Origin: an uncultured Collinsella sp. | Lineage (GTDB): Bacteria > Actinomycetota > Coriobacteriia > Coriobacteriales > Coriobacteriaceae | Direction: 5' to 3' | DNA: 57,015 nt | Assembly (NCBI GenBank): GCA_902493615.1 | Contig: CABUQK010000001.1 | Location: 1-57,015, forward strand | Part shown: positions 49,049 through 57,015 of the stretch, piece after piece | Layout: each line of letters opens with the position of its first letter | How positions within the stretch are numbered: position 1 is the first letter of the stretch | The notes under the pieces: generated by a model | The model's input: the letters and a program-made list of their open reading frames with translations, nothing else | What the model was told of the DNA's origin: nothing | Databases searched by the model: none | Position numbers and translations under genes: made by a program

Positions 49049-50212
49049 ATGCAGGCATCGCAGCGTCTCGACCGCTTTGGCGCGGAGGTCTTCGCCTCGC
49101 TCAACAACAAGCTTCTCGCGCTGAAGGCTCAGGGCAAGACCATTTACAACATGAGCGTGGGCACGCCCGATTTTAAGCCGTACGACCATGTGGTCGAGGC
49201 GCTCACGCAGGCAGCCCAAGATCCCGAGATGTGGAAGTATGCCCTGCGCGACCTGCCCGAACTCAAGCAAGCCGTGTGCGATTACTATGAGCGCCGCTTT
49301 GGCGTTTCGGGCATTACGCCGTCTATGGTGCAGTCGTGCAACGGCACGCAGGAGGGCGTGGGCCATTTGGGCCTGGCCCTGCTCGATCCGGGTGACACCA
49401 TTCTGGTTCCCGATCCGTGCTACCCGGTCTTTGAGGCGGGTGCCAAGATCGCCGATGCCAAGCTCGAATACTATCCGCTGGTTGCCGAGCATAATTACCT
49501 GCCCTATGTGGCGGGTATCGATCCCGAGGTGGCCGATCGTGCCAAGTATATGATCGTGTCGCTGCCTGCGAACCCGGTGGGCTCGGTGGGCACACCCGAG
49601 GTCTACGAGGAGATTATCGCTCTCGCCCGCGAGCATGATCTGCTCATCGTTCACGACAACGCGTACTCCGACATCGTGTTTGACGGCGAGCCCGGCGGCA
49701 GCTTCTTGCAGTATCCCGGTGCGCTTGAGGTGGGCGTGGAGTTCTTCTCGCTCTCCAAGTCGTTTAACGTCACCGGTGCGCGTATCGGCTTTTTGGTCGG
49801 CCGCGAGGACGTGGTCTCTGCCTTTGCCAAGCTGCGCAGCCAGATCGACTTTGGCATGTTCTTCCCGATCCAGAAGGCCGCCATCGCGTGCCTTAATGGC
49901 CCGCGCGGTGAGGTCGAGGCGCAGCGTCTGAAGTATCAGGAGCGCCGCGATGCCCTGTGCGACGGTCTTGAGGGCCTGGGCTGGGAGCGGCCCAACGCGC
50001 ATGGTTCTATGTTTGTGTGGGCCAAGCTTCCCGGTGGTCGCACCGATTCCATGGCGTTTTGCGAGGAGCTCATGGAAAAGGCCGGCGTTGTGGTGACGCC
50101 GGGCGCGAGCTTTGGTCCTTCGGGCGAGGGGCATGTGCGCATGGCGCTGGTCCTGCCGCCCGACCAGATCGCTTTGGCTGTCGAGGCCATCCGCGAAGCG
50201 GGCCTGTATTAG
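49049..50212 (+). CDS. Class I/II PLP aminotransferase (possibly diaminopimelate pathway)
   Basis: PANPVG, HDNAYSD, SLSKSFNVTGARIG. Confidence 0.88.
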   Translation: MQASQRLDRFGAEVFASLNNKLLALKAQGKTIYNMSVGTPDFKPYDHVVEALTQAAQDPEMWKYALRDLPELKQAVCDYYERRFGVSGITPSMVQSCNGTQEGVGHLGLALLDPGDTILVPDPCYPVFEAGAKIADAKLEYYPLVAEHNYLPYVAGIDPEVADRAKYMIVSLPANPVGSVGTPEVYEEIIALAREHDLLIVHDNAYSDIVFDGEPGGSFLQYPGALEVGVEFFSLSKSFNVTGARIGFLVGREDVVSAFAKLRSQIDFGMFFPIQKAAIACLNGPRGEVEAQRLKYQERRDALCDGLEGLGWERPNAHGSMFVWAKLPGGRTDSMAFCEELMEKAGVVVTPGASFGPSGEGHVRMALVLPPDQIALAVEAIREAGLY

Positions 50213-50413
50213 AAAGGTATTTCGGCTCGTCAATAGCTCGAAACCGATTTCGTGCAGTTATTTTACGAATTCTGCAAATAATTTCGGCAAACGGTCGATA
50301 TTTGGCTGCGAATAGGAGCATAATCAAAGTCCCGATTGGATGTATTGGGATTACGGCAAGCCGCTCGGGTCGTTCCCGGGCGGCTTGTTTGTGGAGAGAG
50401 ATGGGAGTTTCTA

Positions 50414-51364
50414 ATGGTTAACGAGAAGAAGGTCGCTATTGTCGGCTGCGGTTTCGTCGGTTCGTCTTCGGCGTTCGCGCTGATGCAGAGTGGTCTGTTC
50501 TCCGAGATGGTTCTCATTGACGTGGACAAGAATCGCGCTGAGGGTGAGGCTCTGGATATCGCGCACGGCATGACGTTTGCCGAGCCGATGAAGATCTACG
50601 CCGGCGATTATTCCGATGTCGCCGACGCCGCCATGATCGTCGTCACCGCTGGCGCTGCCCAGAAGCCCGGTGAAACCCGCCTGGACCTAGTTAACAAGAA
50701 CGTCAACATCTTTAAGTCCATTATCCCCGAGATTAAGAAGTCTGGCTTCGACGGCATTCTGCTAATCGTCTCCAACCCGGTTGATGTTCTGACCTATGCC
50801 GCCATCAAGATGTCCGGCCTGCCCGAGGGCCATGTCATCGGCTCCGGTACCGTGCTCGACACTGGTCGTCTGCAGCAGATGCTTGGTGCCCACGTCGAGG
50901 TTGACCCGCGTGATGTTCAGGCCTATGTCATGGGCGAGCACGGCGACTCCGAGTTTGTCGCTTGGTCCAGCGCCCAGGTTGCCGGCGTGCCGCTGAACAC
51001 CTTCTGCGAGCTTCACGGCCATCTGGAGCATGAGGCTGCTGAGAAGCGTATCGCCGAGGACGTCAAGAACTCCGCCTACACCATCATCGAGAAGAAGCAC
51101 GCCACCTACTATGGCGTCGCCATGGCCGTCAAGCGCATCTGCACCGCCGTCATGCGCGATGAGCAGACCGTTCTGCCCGTCTCCTCGCTCATGGTGGGCG
51201 AGTATGGCCTGTCCGATCTCGCCATCTCCATGCCGACTGTCGTTGGCCGCGACGGCGTTGTTTGCCGCGTCCCCGTCCCGCTGGACGAGGGCGAAAAGAG
51301 CGAGCTCAACGCTTCTGCCGAAGCACTCAAGGACATCATCGACAGCGTCGACTTCTCCTGCTAA
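50414..51364 (+). CDS. ldh: L-lactate dehydrogenase
   Basis: GCGFVG, AQKPGETRLDL, VSNPVD, LDTGR, GEHGDSE. Confidence 0.96.
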   Translation: MVNEKKVAIVGCGFVGSSSAFALMQSGLFSEMVLIDVDKNRAEGEALDIAHGMTFAEPMKIYAGDYSDVADAAMIVVTAGAAQKPGETRLDLVNKNVNIFKSIIPEIKKSGFDGILLIVSNPVDVLTYAAIKMSGLPEGHVIGSGTVLDTGRLQQMLGAHVEVDPRDVQAYVMGEHGDSEFVAWSSAQVAGVPLNTFCELHGHLEHEAAEKRIAEDVKNSAYTIIEKKHATYYGVAMAVKRICTAVMRDEQTVLPVSSLMVGEYGLSDLAISMPTVVGRDGVVCRVPVPLDEGEKSELNASAEALKDIIDSVDFSC

Positions 51365-51429
51365 ATCAGACTTGTTGAGACAACAAGCTACAATGAAGGC
51401 GCCTGGGTCCCTGCGGCTCGGGCGCCTTT

Positions 51430-51462
51430 TTGGTGCAAAGGGGACAGGTTACTTTGCACCAT
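51430..51462 (+). repeat. 33-bp REP-like palindrome, family B variant
   Basis: TGGTGCAAAG-GGGACAGGTTA-CTTTGCACCA. Confidence 0.8.
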
Positions 51463-51478
51463 TGTTGATGGAGGGGCC

Positions 51479-52639
51479 ATGTCTGATTCGTCTAACTTTT
51501 TGACCTATGCCCAGTCGGCATTTGAGTCGTTTGACGAGCGGCCGTTCTGTTCGGTGGACAGTCTGGTCTTTGCATGGCTGTCCTATTTGCGCTTGCCGGG
51601 GGATATGCCCGAACTGATCGGCTGGCGGGGGCTGGACGTGCGTGAGCTGCTGCGTGCCGAGTGCTATCAGGACATGATTGGCGATTTGTGGAATCCAGAG
51701 GGGAGCAGGGCCTTGTTGGAGGCCGTGGCAGCAAGCCCTCGCTACCGTGGCGTGCGCGTTTGCGGCTATCGTGCCGTGAGCGATGTGGTGGCGACAGAGC
51801 AGTTTGCAGCCATGGCGTTCCGGTTTCCGGCGGGGTTTAGTTATCTTTCCTTCCGGGGGACCGACAGCACGATTGTGGGCTGGAAAGAGGACTTTAACAT
51901 GGCGTTCCGGTGTCCTGTGCCGGCCCAGGAATCCGCGGCGCGTTATGTGGACGACGTGGCGGATGCGATCGACGGGCCGCTGTTGTGCGGAGGTCATTCT
52001 AAGGGCGGAAACCTTGCGGTGTACGGTGCGGCGATGTGCTCCGATGTCGCCCGTGAGCGAATCGAACGGGCGTATTCCCATGATGGTCCGGGGTTCGTCG
52101 AGGAGTTTCTGAACGGCAACGCCTTTGCTGGCCTATCCGGCCGTATCGACAAGACGCTGCCCCAGTCTTCTATTTTTGGCATGATGTTCGAGACACAGGA
52201 GGACTATGCCATCGTTGAGAGCACCGAGTTCAGCCTGCTGCAGCACAATCCCTTTAGCTGGGTGGTTGATGGTCGCGACTTCGTGTACTGTGAGCGCCTG
52301 TCCGCCGGTGCTCGATACGTTGATGGCTCCATTCGCGAGATGCTGCTTGCAGTGTCACCTGGCGAGCGCGAGCGTTTTGTAGATGCGTTGTTCTCCGTGT
52401 TTGAGGCTACGGGCGCCGAACGGTTTGCGGATATCGCAGGAAATCTGCGCGAGAGCCTGCCCGTGATGCTCCAAGCTGCGCAAGGCTTTGACAAGGATAC
52501 GCGGCGCTTTGTCTCGCAGACCATCGTGGCAATCCTTAAATGCGCACTGTTGCCCAAACGACCCCAGATCGACATGCCCGCTGCCGGCAAGAGTTTGGCA
52601 GAACAGCTCGAGGCTTGGCAGTCCGAGCTCCTCCGCTAA
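51479..52639 (+). CDS. DUF2974/Mbeg1-like alpha/beta hydrolase
   Basis: FRGTD...GWKEDF, GHSKGGNLA, DGPGF, PQSS.FG, LQH. Confidence 0.88.
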   Translation: MSDSSNFLTYAQSAFESFDERPFCSVDSLVFAWLSYLRLPGDMPELIGWRGLDVRELLRAECYQDMIGDLWNPEGSRALLEAVAASPRYRGVRVCGYRAVSDVVATEQFAAMAFRFPAGFSYLSFRGTDSTIVGWKEDFNMAFRCPVPAQESAARYVDDVADAIDGPLLCGGHSKGGNLAVYGAAMCSDVARERIERAYSHDGPGFVEEFLNGNAFAGLSGRIDKTLPQSSIFGMMFETQEDYAIVESTEFSLLQHNPFSWVVDGRDFVYCERLSAGARYVDGSIREMLLAVSPGERERFVDALFSVFEATGAERFADIAGNLRESLPVMLQAAQGFDKDTRRFVSQTIVAILKCALLPKRPQIDMPAAGKSLAEQLEAWQSELLR

Positions 52640-52642
52640 CCT

Positions 52643-52675
52643 TTGGTGCAAAGCAACCTGTCCCCGATGCACCAA
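52643..52675 (-). repeat. 33-bp REP-like palindrome, inverted copy of 51430-51462
   Basis: Reverse complement TTGGTGCATCGGGGACAGGTTGCTTTGCACCAA. Confidence 0.8.
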
Positions 52676-52750
52676 TCTTCGATGCTCCTGGGGCGGGCTC
52701 GACCGCTATACTGGTTCGTGCCGAAATCGATCTAGAACGGAATGCCGTAT

Positions 52751-53755
52751 ATGAAAATCAATCACGCGATTCTGCATATCCTGGACTTTGACTCTGCCGT
52801 CAACGTCATGAGCCAACGCGAGCTCGATATCGAGAGCCGTACCGTGCGCAACTTCGTGACCACGCATCTGCGCCGCGCTCGTACTTCGGCCGACAACAAG
52901 CGTGCCACGTTTGCCGAGAACTCCGCATTCGGCGGCGAGCTCAAGGGCTATTTCTTTGGTGAGCGTGAGTTCGTGGACCTGTCGCAGCAGATTGCGGAGT
53001 TCATCTCTTCCGAACTCACCAAGGCCGAGAAAGCCGAGTCCACTGACGTGCTTGTGGCGGACTTTGACGATGATGAGGATGCCCGCTGGTTTGCCGTGAT
53101 GCTGCTGGGCTCCAAGCAGGCATTCATGCACGAGGTGGGTCGCGAAGAGGGCGAGGTTCGTAACGACATCGCGCGCCACTATGCCATTCTGCCGAACCCT
53201 TCGCAAAAGGTGCCGAGCTATGCCATCGTGCGCGCGAGCACCATGGAGATCGGCTATGTGGATAAGAAGCGCAAGATTGCCGGCGAGGACCGTATGCTTA
53301 TCCCCGATGGCCTGCTTCAGTGCGACACGGGCGTATCGGGCAAGGAGGTCATCGACACCGTGACGCGTGTGGTCGAGGAAGTCGCCGAGGAGCACGGTGC
53401 CAATACGGCCGTAGCGCTCGCTAAGGTTAAGGCTGCCGTTGCCGAGAAAGTCGAAGACGACGAGGAGCTGCCGCCTTGGGATATCGTCGATGAGGTCTTT
53501 GAGGACGAGCCGGTCATCAAGGAGAGCGTGCGTGCGGCGTTGACCGAGGAGAAAGTGCCTGAGCGCGTTCCCGTGGAGCGCAAGCAAGTTGAGCGCGCGG
53601 CCGTGCGTAATCACAAGATTCGTACCGACACGGGTATCGAGATCAGCTTCCCGGCCGAGATGGGTTCGAACTCCGAGTACATCGAGTTCGTCAACGAGCC
53701 CAACGGCTTTATCTCCATCGAGCTCAAGAACATCGGGTCAATTGAGAATCGATAA
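52751..53755 (+). CDS. Nucleoid-associated protein (YejK/NA-37-like)
   Basis: INHAILHILD, ILPNPSQK, KIRTDTGIEI, ISIELKNI. Confidence 0.78.
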   Translation: MKINHAILHILDFDSAVNVMSQRELDIESRTVRNFVTTHLRRARTSADNKRATFAENSAFGGELKGYFFGEREFVDLSQQIAEFISSELTKAEKAESTDVLVADFDDDEDARWFAVMLLGSKQAFMHEVGREEGEVRNDIARHYAILPNPSQKVPSYAIVRASTMEIGYVDKKRKIAGEDRMLIPDGLLQCDTGVSGKEVIDTVTRVVEEVAEEHGANTAVALAKVKAAVAEKVEDDEELPPWDIVDEVFEDEPVIKESVRAALTEEKVPERVPVERKQVERAAVRNHKIRTDTGIEISFPAEMGSNSEYIEFVNEPNGFISIELKNIGSIENR

Positions 53756-53773
53756 ACTGCGCTTGGACGCTGC

Positions 53774-53814
53774 AAAAAAAGGCCGAAGCCCCGGATGAGG
53801 GCTTCGGCCTTTTT
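53774..53814. terminator. Bidirectional intrinsic terminator
   Basis: A7-GGCCGAAGCCC/GGGCTTCGGCC-T5. Confidence 0.85.
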
Positions 53815-53831
53815 ACTTGGGGCTTAATTAC

Positions 53832-54043
53832 GTTGCAGGTTGAGCATACGTCAGCGAAAACGCCCCTAGGCGAGCAAGGTGACGTGAAAGAGGAGGGAAG
53901 CGTACTTCGGTACGCGACCGACGATTGAACGTCAGATTGCCACTTAGGGGCGTTTGCAGCGTCGACCGGTCCGTCGTTCGTTAGAACGACGGAACCAAAG
54001 GTGTAGCGTCGACCTGTTACGCGGTTTGTCAAAACCGCGTAAC
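53832..54043 (-). repeat. Structured repeat family C, copy 2 (with internal insertion)
   Basis: Reverse complement shares the terminal palindrome and core with 44132-44290. Confidence 0.85.
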
Positions 54044-54045
54044 TA

Positions 54046-54765
54046 TTAGAGCTGGCGCAGGCCTTCCTCGAGACCGGTCTTGCTGTCGGTCTTCTCATCG
54101 CGCATCTTGATGACGCGGGCGGGAACACCGGCGACGACGGCACCGGCGGGGACATCCTCGATGCACACGGCGCCTGCCGCCACGACGGCGCCCTTGCCCA
54201 CGCGTACGCCTTCCAGGACTACGGCGTTGGCGCCGATCATAACATCATCCTCGATGATGACAGGCGTGGCACTTGCAGGCTCCACAACGCCCGCCAGCAC
54301 GGTACCGGCGCCGATGTGGCAGTTCTTGCCCACGGTGGCGCGGCCGCCCAGCACGGCGCCCATGTCGATCATGGAACCTTCGCCAATGACGGAGCCGATG
54401 TTGATGATGGCGCCCATCATGATGACGGCGCGATCGCCAATCTCGACGCGGTCGCGGATGATCGCGCCCGGCTCGATGCGGGCGTTGATGCCCTTAAGGT
54501 CGAGCATGGGCACGGCGGAGTTACGGCAGTCGTTCTCCACATCGTAGTAGTCGATGGAATCGGCGTTGGCGTCCAGGATGGCCTTAAGCTCATCCCAGTC
54601 ACCAAAGACAGTCTTGCCACGACGACCGCCGTAGACGTGTGCATTGCCCCACTGGACCTTCATGCCCGGCTTTTCGCGCACGTACAGTTTGACAGGCGTC
54701 TTTTTGGGCGCAGTGGCGATGTAGTTGATAATCTCCTGTGCATCCATCTCGGCTGCGTTGCTCAT
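54046..54765 (-). CDS. dapH: Tetrahydrodipicolinate N-acetyltransferase
   Basis: [24 protein letters not shown], hexapeptide repeats, GVVEPASA. Confidence 0.93.
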   Translation of the reverse strand: MSNAAEMDAQEIINYIATAPKKTPVKLYVREKPGMKVQWGNAHVYGGRRGKTVFGDWDELKAILDANADSIDYYDVENDCRNSAVPMLDLKGINARIEPGAIIRDRVEIGDRAVIMMGAIINIGSVIGEGSMIDMGAVLGGRATVGKNCHIGAGTVLAGVVEPASATPVIIEDDVMIGANAVVLEGVRVGKGAVVAAGAVCIEDVPAGAVVAGVPARVIKMRDEKTDSKTGLEEGLRQL

Positions 54766-54804
54766 GTGCTGTGTCTCCTTTGTGTTGGTACGGTTGATGG
54801 CTGA

Positions 54805-55545
54805 TTAGGCAAACATGACCTGGTCGAAGGTGTAGAAGCCGGGGTCGCGGGCGACGAGCTTCTGGGCGGCGGCCAGGGCGCCGTTGACGAAGATCTGGCG
54901 GCTCGTGGCACGGTGTGTGAGCGTGACCTCCTCGTCCTGGCCAAAGAAGCTCACCTCGTGCACGCCGGCGACGGTGCCGCCGCGCAGCGAGTGCATGCCG
55001 ATTTCCTTGGGGTCGCGCGCGCCGCACATGCCCTCGCGTCCGTAGACGGGGTGGTAGCCTGCCTCGGGCTCGGCCTCGACTACGGCATCGAGCAGCAGCT
55101 TGGCGGTGCCGCTGGGGGCGTCGACCTTTTGGTTATGGTGCGTCTCGACGATTTCACAGTCAAAGCCGGACAGCTCGCGTGTGGCCTGTGCTACCAGGTG
55201 ACGCAGGGCTGCGATACCGATGGAGTAATTGCCGGAGTGCATGACGCGGGCGTTCTGACCCAGCTCGCGCAGGCAATCCATCTGCTCAGGTGTGTAGCCC
55301 GTGGTGCCCGAGACCAACGCGGCGCCTGTACGCTTGACATAGGCGACGACGGCGTCAAAGGTCACGACGTTCGAGAAGTCGATGATAATGTCTGCTGCCG
55401 GGGCGCTCTCGAGCTCGGAGAGATCAAAACCAATCTGGGCGACGATATCAAAAACGGGCTGCCCGGCGGCGTCGACAACGCCCTCGGCGGTGGTGCGGAT
55501 GAGCGAGCCCATACGGCCCGTTCCCATAATGACGGTCTTAATCAA
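54805..55545 (-). CDS. dapB: 4-hydroxy-tetrahydrodipicolinate reductase
   Basis: GRMG, IDFS, GTTG, ETHHNQKVDAPSGTA, SLRGG. Confidence 0.95.
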   Translation of the reverse strand: MIKTVIMGTGRMGSLIRTTAEGVVDAAGQPVFDIVAQIGFDLSELESAPAADIIIDFSNVVTFDAVVAYVKRTGAALVSGTTGYTPEQMDCLRELGQNARVMHSGNYSIGIAALRHLVAQATRELSGFDCEIVETHHNQKVDAPSGTAKLLLDAVVEAEPEAGYHPVYGREGMCGARDPKEIGMHSLRGGTVAGVHEVSFFGQDEEVTLTHRATSRQIFVNGALAAAQKLVARDPGFYTFDQVMFA

Positions 55546-56428
55546 GCAGACCAGCTCCCTTCAGAGCATCGGTAAGTGCAGTGCGGGTGTCGTCGGCCAT
55601 GGGGCATAGCGGCATGCGGTAGTTGGCTTCGATCATACCCATCTGGGCGAGCGCTTCCTTGACGGGGATGGGGTTGACCTCACTAAAGAGGGCGTTGATG
55701 AGCGGCTGACCGGCAATCTGGATATCGCGGGCGCGCTCCACGTCGCCGTCCAGATAAGCGCGGCACATGTCGTGCACGAGCTGTGGCTGAACGTCGGCCC
55801 ACACGCTGATGGTGCCCGAGGCCCCCAGGCTCATGAGCGGCACGGTGAGGGCGTCCTCGCCCGAGTACATGCGGAAGTCATCGGACAGCAGGTGGGCGAT
55901 CTTGGCCGCGTAGGCGACGTTGCCCGAGGCCTCCTTAATACCCATGATGTTGGGATGCGCGGCCAGGCGCTCTACATTGCGCTCGCTGATACCGCAGCCG
56001 CAGCGGCCGGGGATGTTGTACAGGATACAGGGAATGTCCACTGCATCGGCCACGGTCTTAAAGTGCTGGTAGATGCCCTCTTCGTTGGACTTGTTGTAGT
56101 AGGGGGTAATGAGCAGCAGACCGTCGGCTCCCAAGCCCTGGTAGGTGAGCGACTTGGTGAACATGGTTTGCGTGGAGTTGGAGCCCGAGCCGGCGATGAC
56201 GGGGACGCGTCCTGCAACATGCTTGACCACGGCGGCGACGACGGAGTTGTCCTCGTCATCGGTCATCGTGGCACTCTCGCCAGTGGTGCCTAGGGTGAGG
56301 ATGGCGTCGGTGCCATTTTGCAAGTGGAAATCGATAAGGCGCTCGAGCGCGTCAAAGTCGACGCTGCCGTCCTTTTTAAACGGCGTGACGAGGGCGACGA
56401 TTGAGCCCTCGAGATTGCGGATGTCCAT
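55538..56428 (-). CDS. dapA: 4-hydroxy-tetrahydrodipicolinate synthase (C-terminal part of fused ORF, own SD)
   Basis: ALVTPF, GTTGES, PYYNK, LYNIPGR, GIKEASG, NPIPVK. Confidence 0.95.
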   Translation of the reverse strand: MDIRNLEGSIVALVTPFKKDGSVDFDALERLIDFHLQNGTDAILTLGTTGESATMTDDEDNSVVAAVVKHVAGRVPVIAGSGSNSTQTMFTKSLTYQGLGADGLLLITPYYNKSNEEGIYQHFKTVADAVDIPCILYNIPGRCGCGISERNVERLAAHPNIMGIKEASGNVAYAAKIAHLLSDDFRMYSGEDALTVPLMSLGASGTISVWADVQPQLVHDMCRAYLDGDVERARDIQIAGQPLINALFSEVNPIPVKEALAQMGMIEANYRMPLCPMADDTRTALTDALKGAGLLD

Positions 56429-57015
56429 GTTCTTCTCCTTCGCTTCCGCGATCTGGATGCGCTTGTTCCATTGGGCGGCGACGGCCAGGCGCTCGTCCTG
56501 AGCGCGACGGCGGGCGCTTTCGGTGCGCGACTTGGCCAGCAACTCTCGGCCGCACGGCAGCACGTCGAGCGTGGCAAAGTAATCGACCGGGCGCTCGGCG
56601 CGGCGGATGAGGTCGGCCGAGCCATCGGGGCGCAGCAGGACCTCGGCGGAGCGCAGCCGTCCATTGTAGTTGTAGCCCATGGAGTGGCCATGCGCGCCGG
56701 TATCGTGGATCACAAGCAGGTCGCCCATGTCGATATGCGGCAGCTCACGATCGATGGCGAACTTGTCGTTGTTCTCGCACAGATTGCCCGTGATGTCGTA
56801 GGTGTCCGTAACGGGCGCTGTGGCCTTGTCGGCGCCGCCCGGCTGACCCATCACCGTAATGTGGTGGTAGGCACCATACATGGCAGGGCGGATCAAATCG
56901 ACGGCGCTTGCGTCGACACCGATATAGTCCTTGTAGATTTGCTTCTCGTGGATGGCCTTGGTGACCAGACAGCCGTAGGGGCCCATCATAAAGCGGCCCA
57001 TCTCGGTGCAGATGG
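56429..57015 (-). CDS. lysA: Diaminopimelate decarboxylase C-terminal part plus linker, in frame with dapA; 5' end outside window
   Basis: EMGR, IRPAMYGAYH, GNLCENND, DTGAHGHSMGYNYN; no stop codon before dapA. Confidence 0.92.

Noticed and set aside
50247..50268. Rex-like dyad upstream of ldh (TCGTGCAGTTATTTTACGA)
   Set aside because: Spacing is one base off the 18-bp Rex consensus with several mismatches; not supportable by eye.

Overview
GC-rich chromosomal segment, most consistent with a gut Coriobacteriia genome (Collinsella-like; inferred from gene content and style, not searched). It is mostly housekeeping and metabolic: nrdG, folE-HD-folB, rnhA, LysR/metY, panE, nfo, a polar amino-acid ABC transporter, flavodoxin, an SOS-box-controlled Y-family polymerase/YolD pair, pgi, a fructoselysine (frl) locus, tcdA-tatD, sdpRI-like, ettA, nadE, ldh and the lysA-dapA-dapB-dapH operon. 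No rRNA, tRNA, CRISPR array, integrase or transposase was recognised. The best candidate for an undescribed system is a compact minus-strand three-gene operon at 27310-30178: an unknown 296-aa protein, a ClpP-type protease with intact catalytic motifs, and a translationally coupled VirD4/TraG-like ATPase with no membrane anchor and a DD rather than DE Walker B, with no conjugation genes around it. The window also holds at least three families of structured intergenic repeats (two with compensatory stem changes), a MITE-like element, an orphan promoter-to-terminator sRNA, a Met/Cys leader peptide before metY, and an in-frame LysA-DapA fusion with an internal ribosome-binding site. Product calls come from motif recognition by eye; start codons were adjusted to visible Shine-Dalgarno sites.
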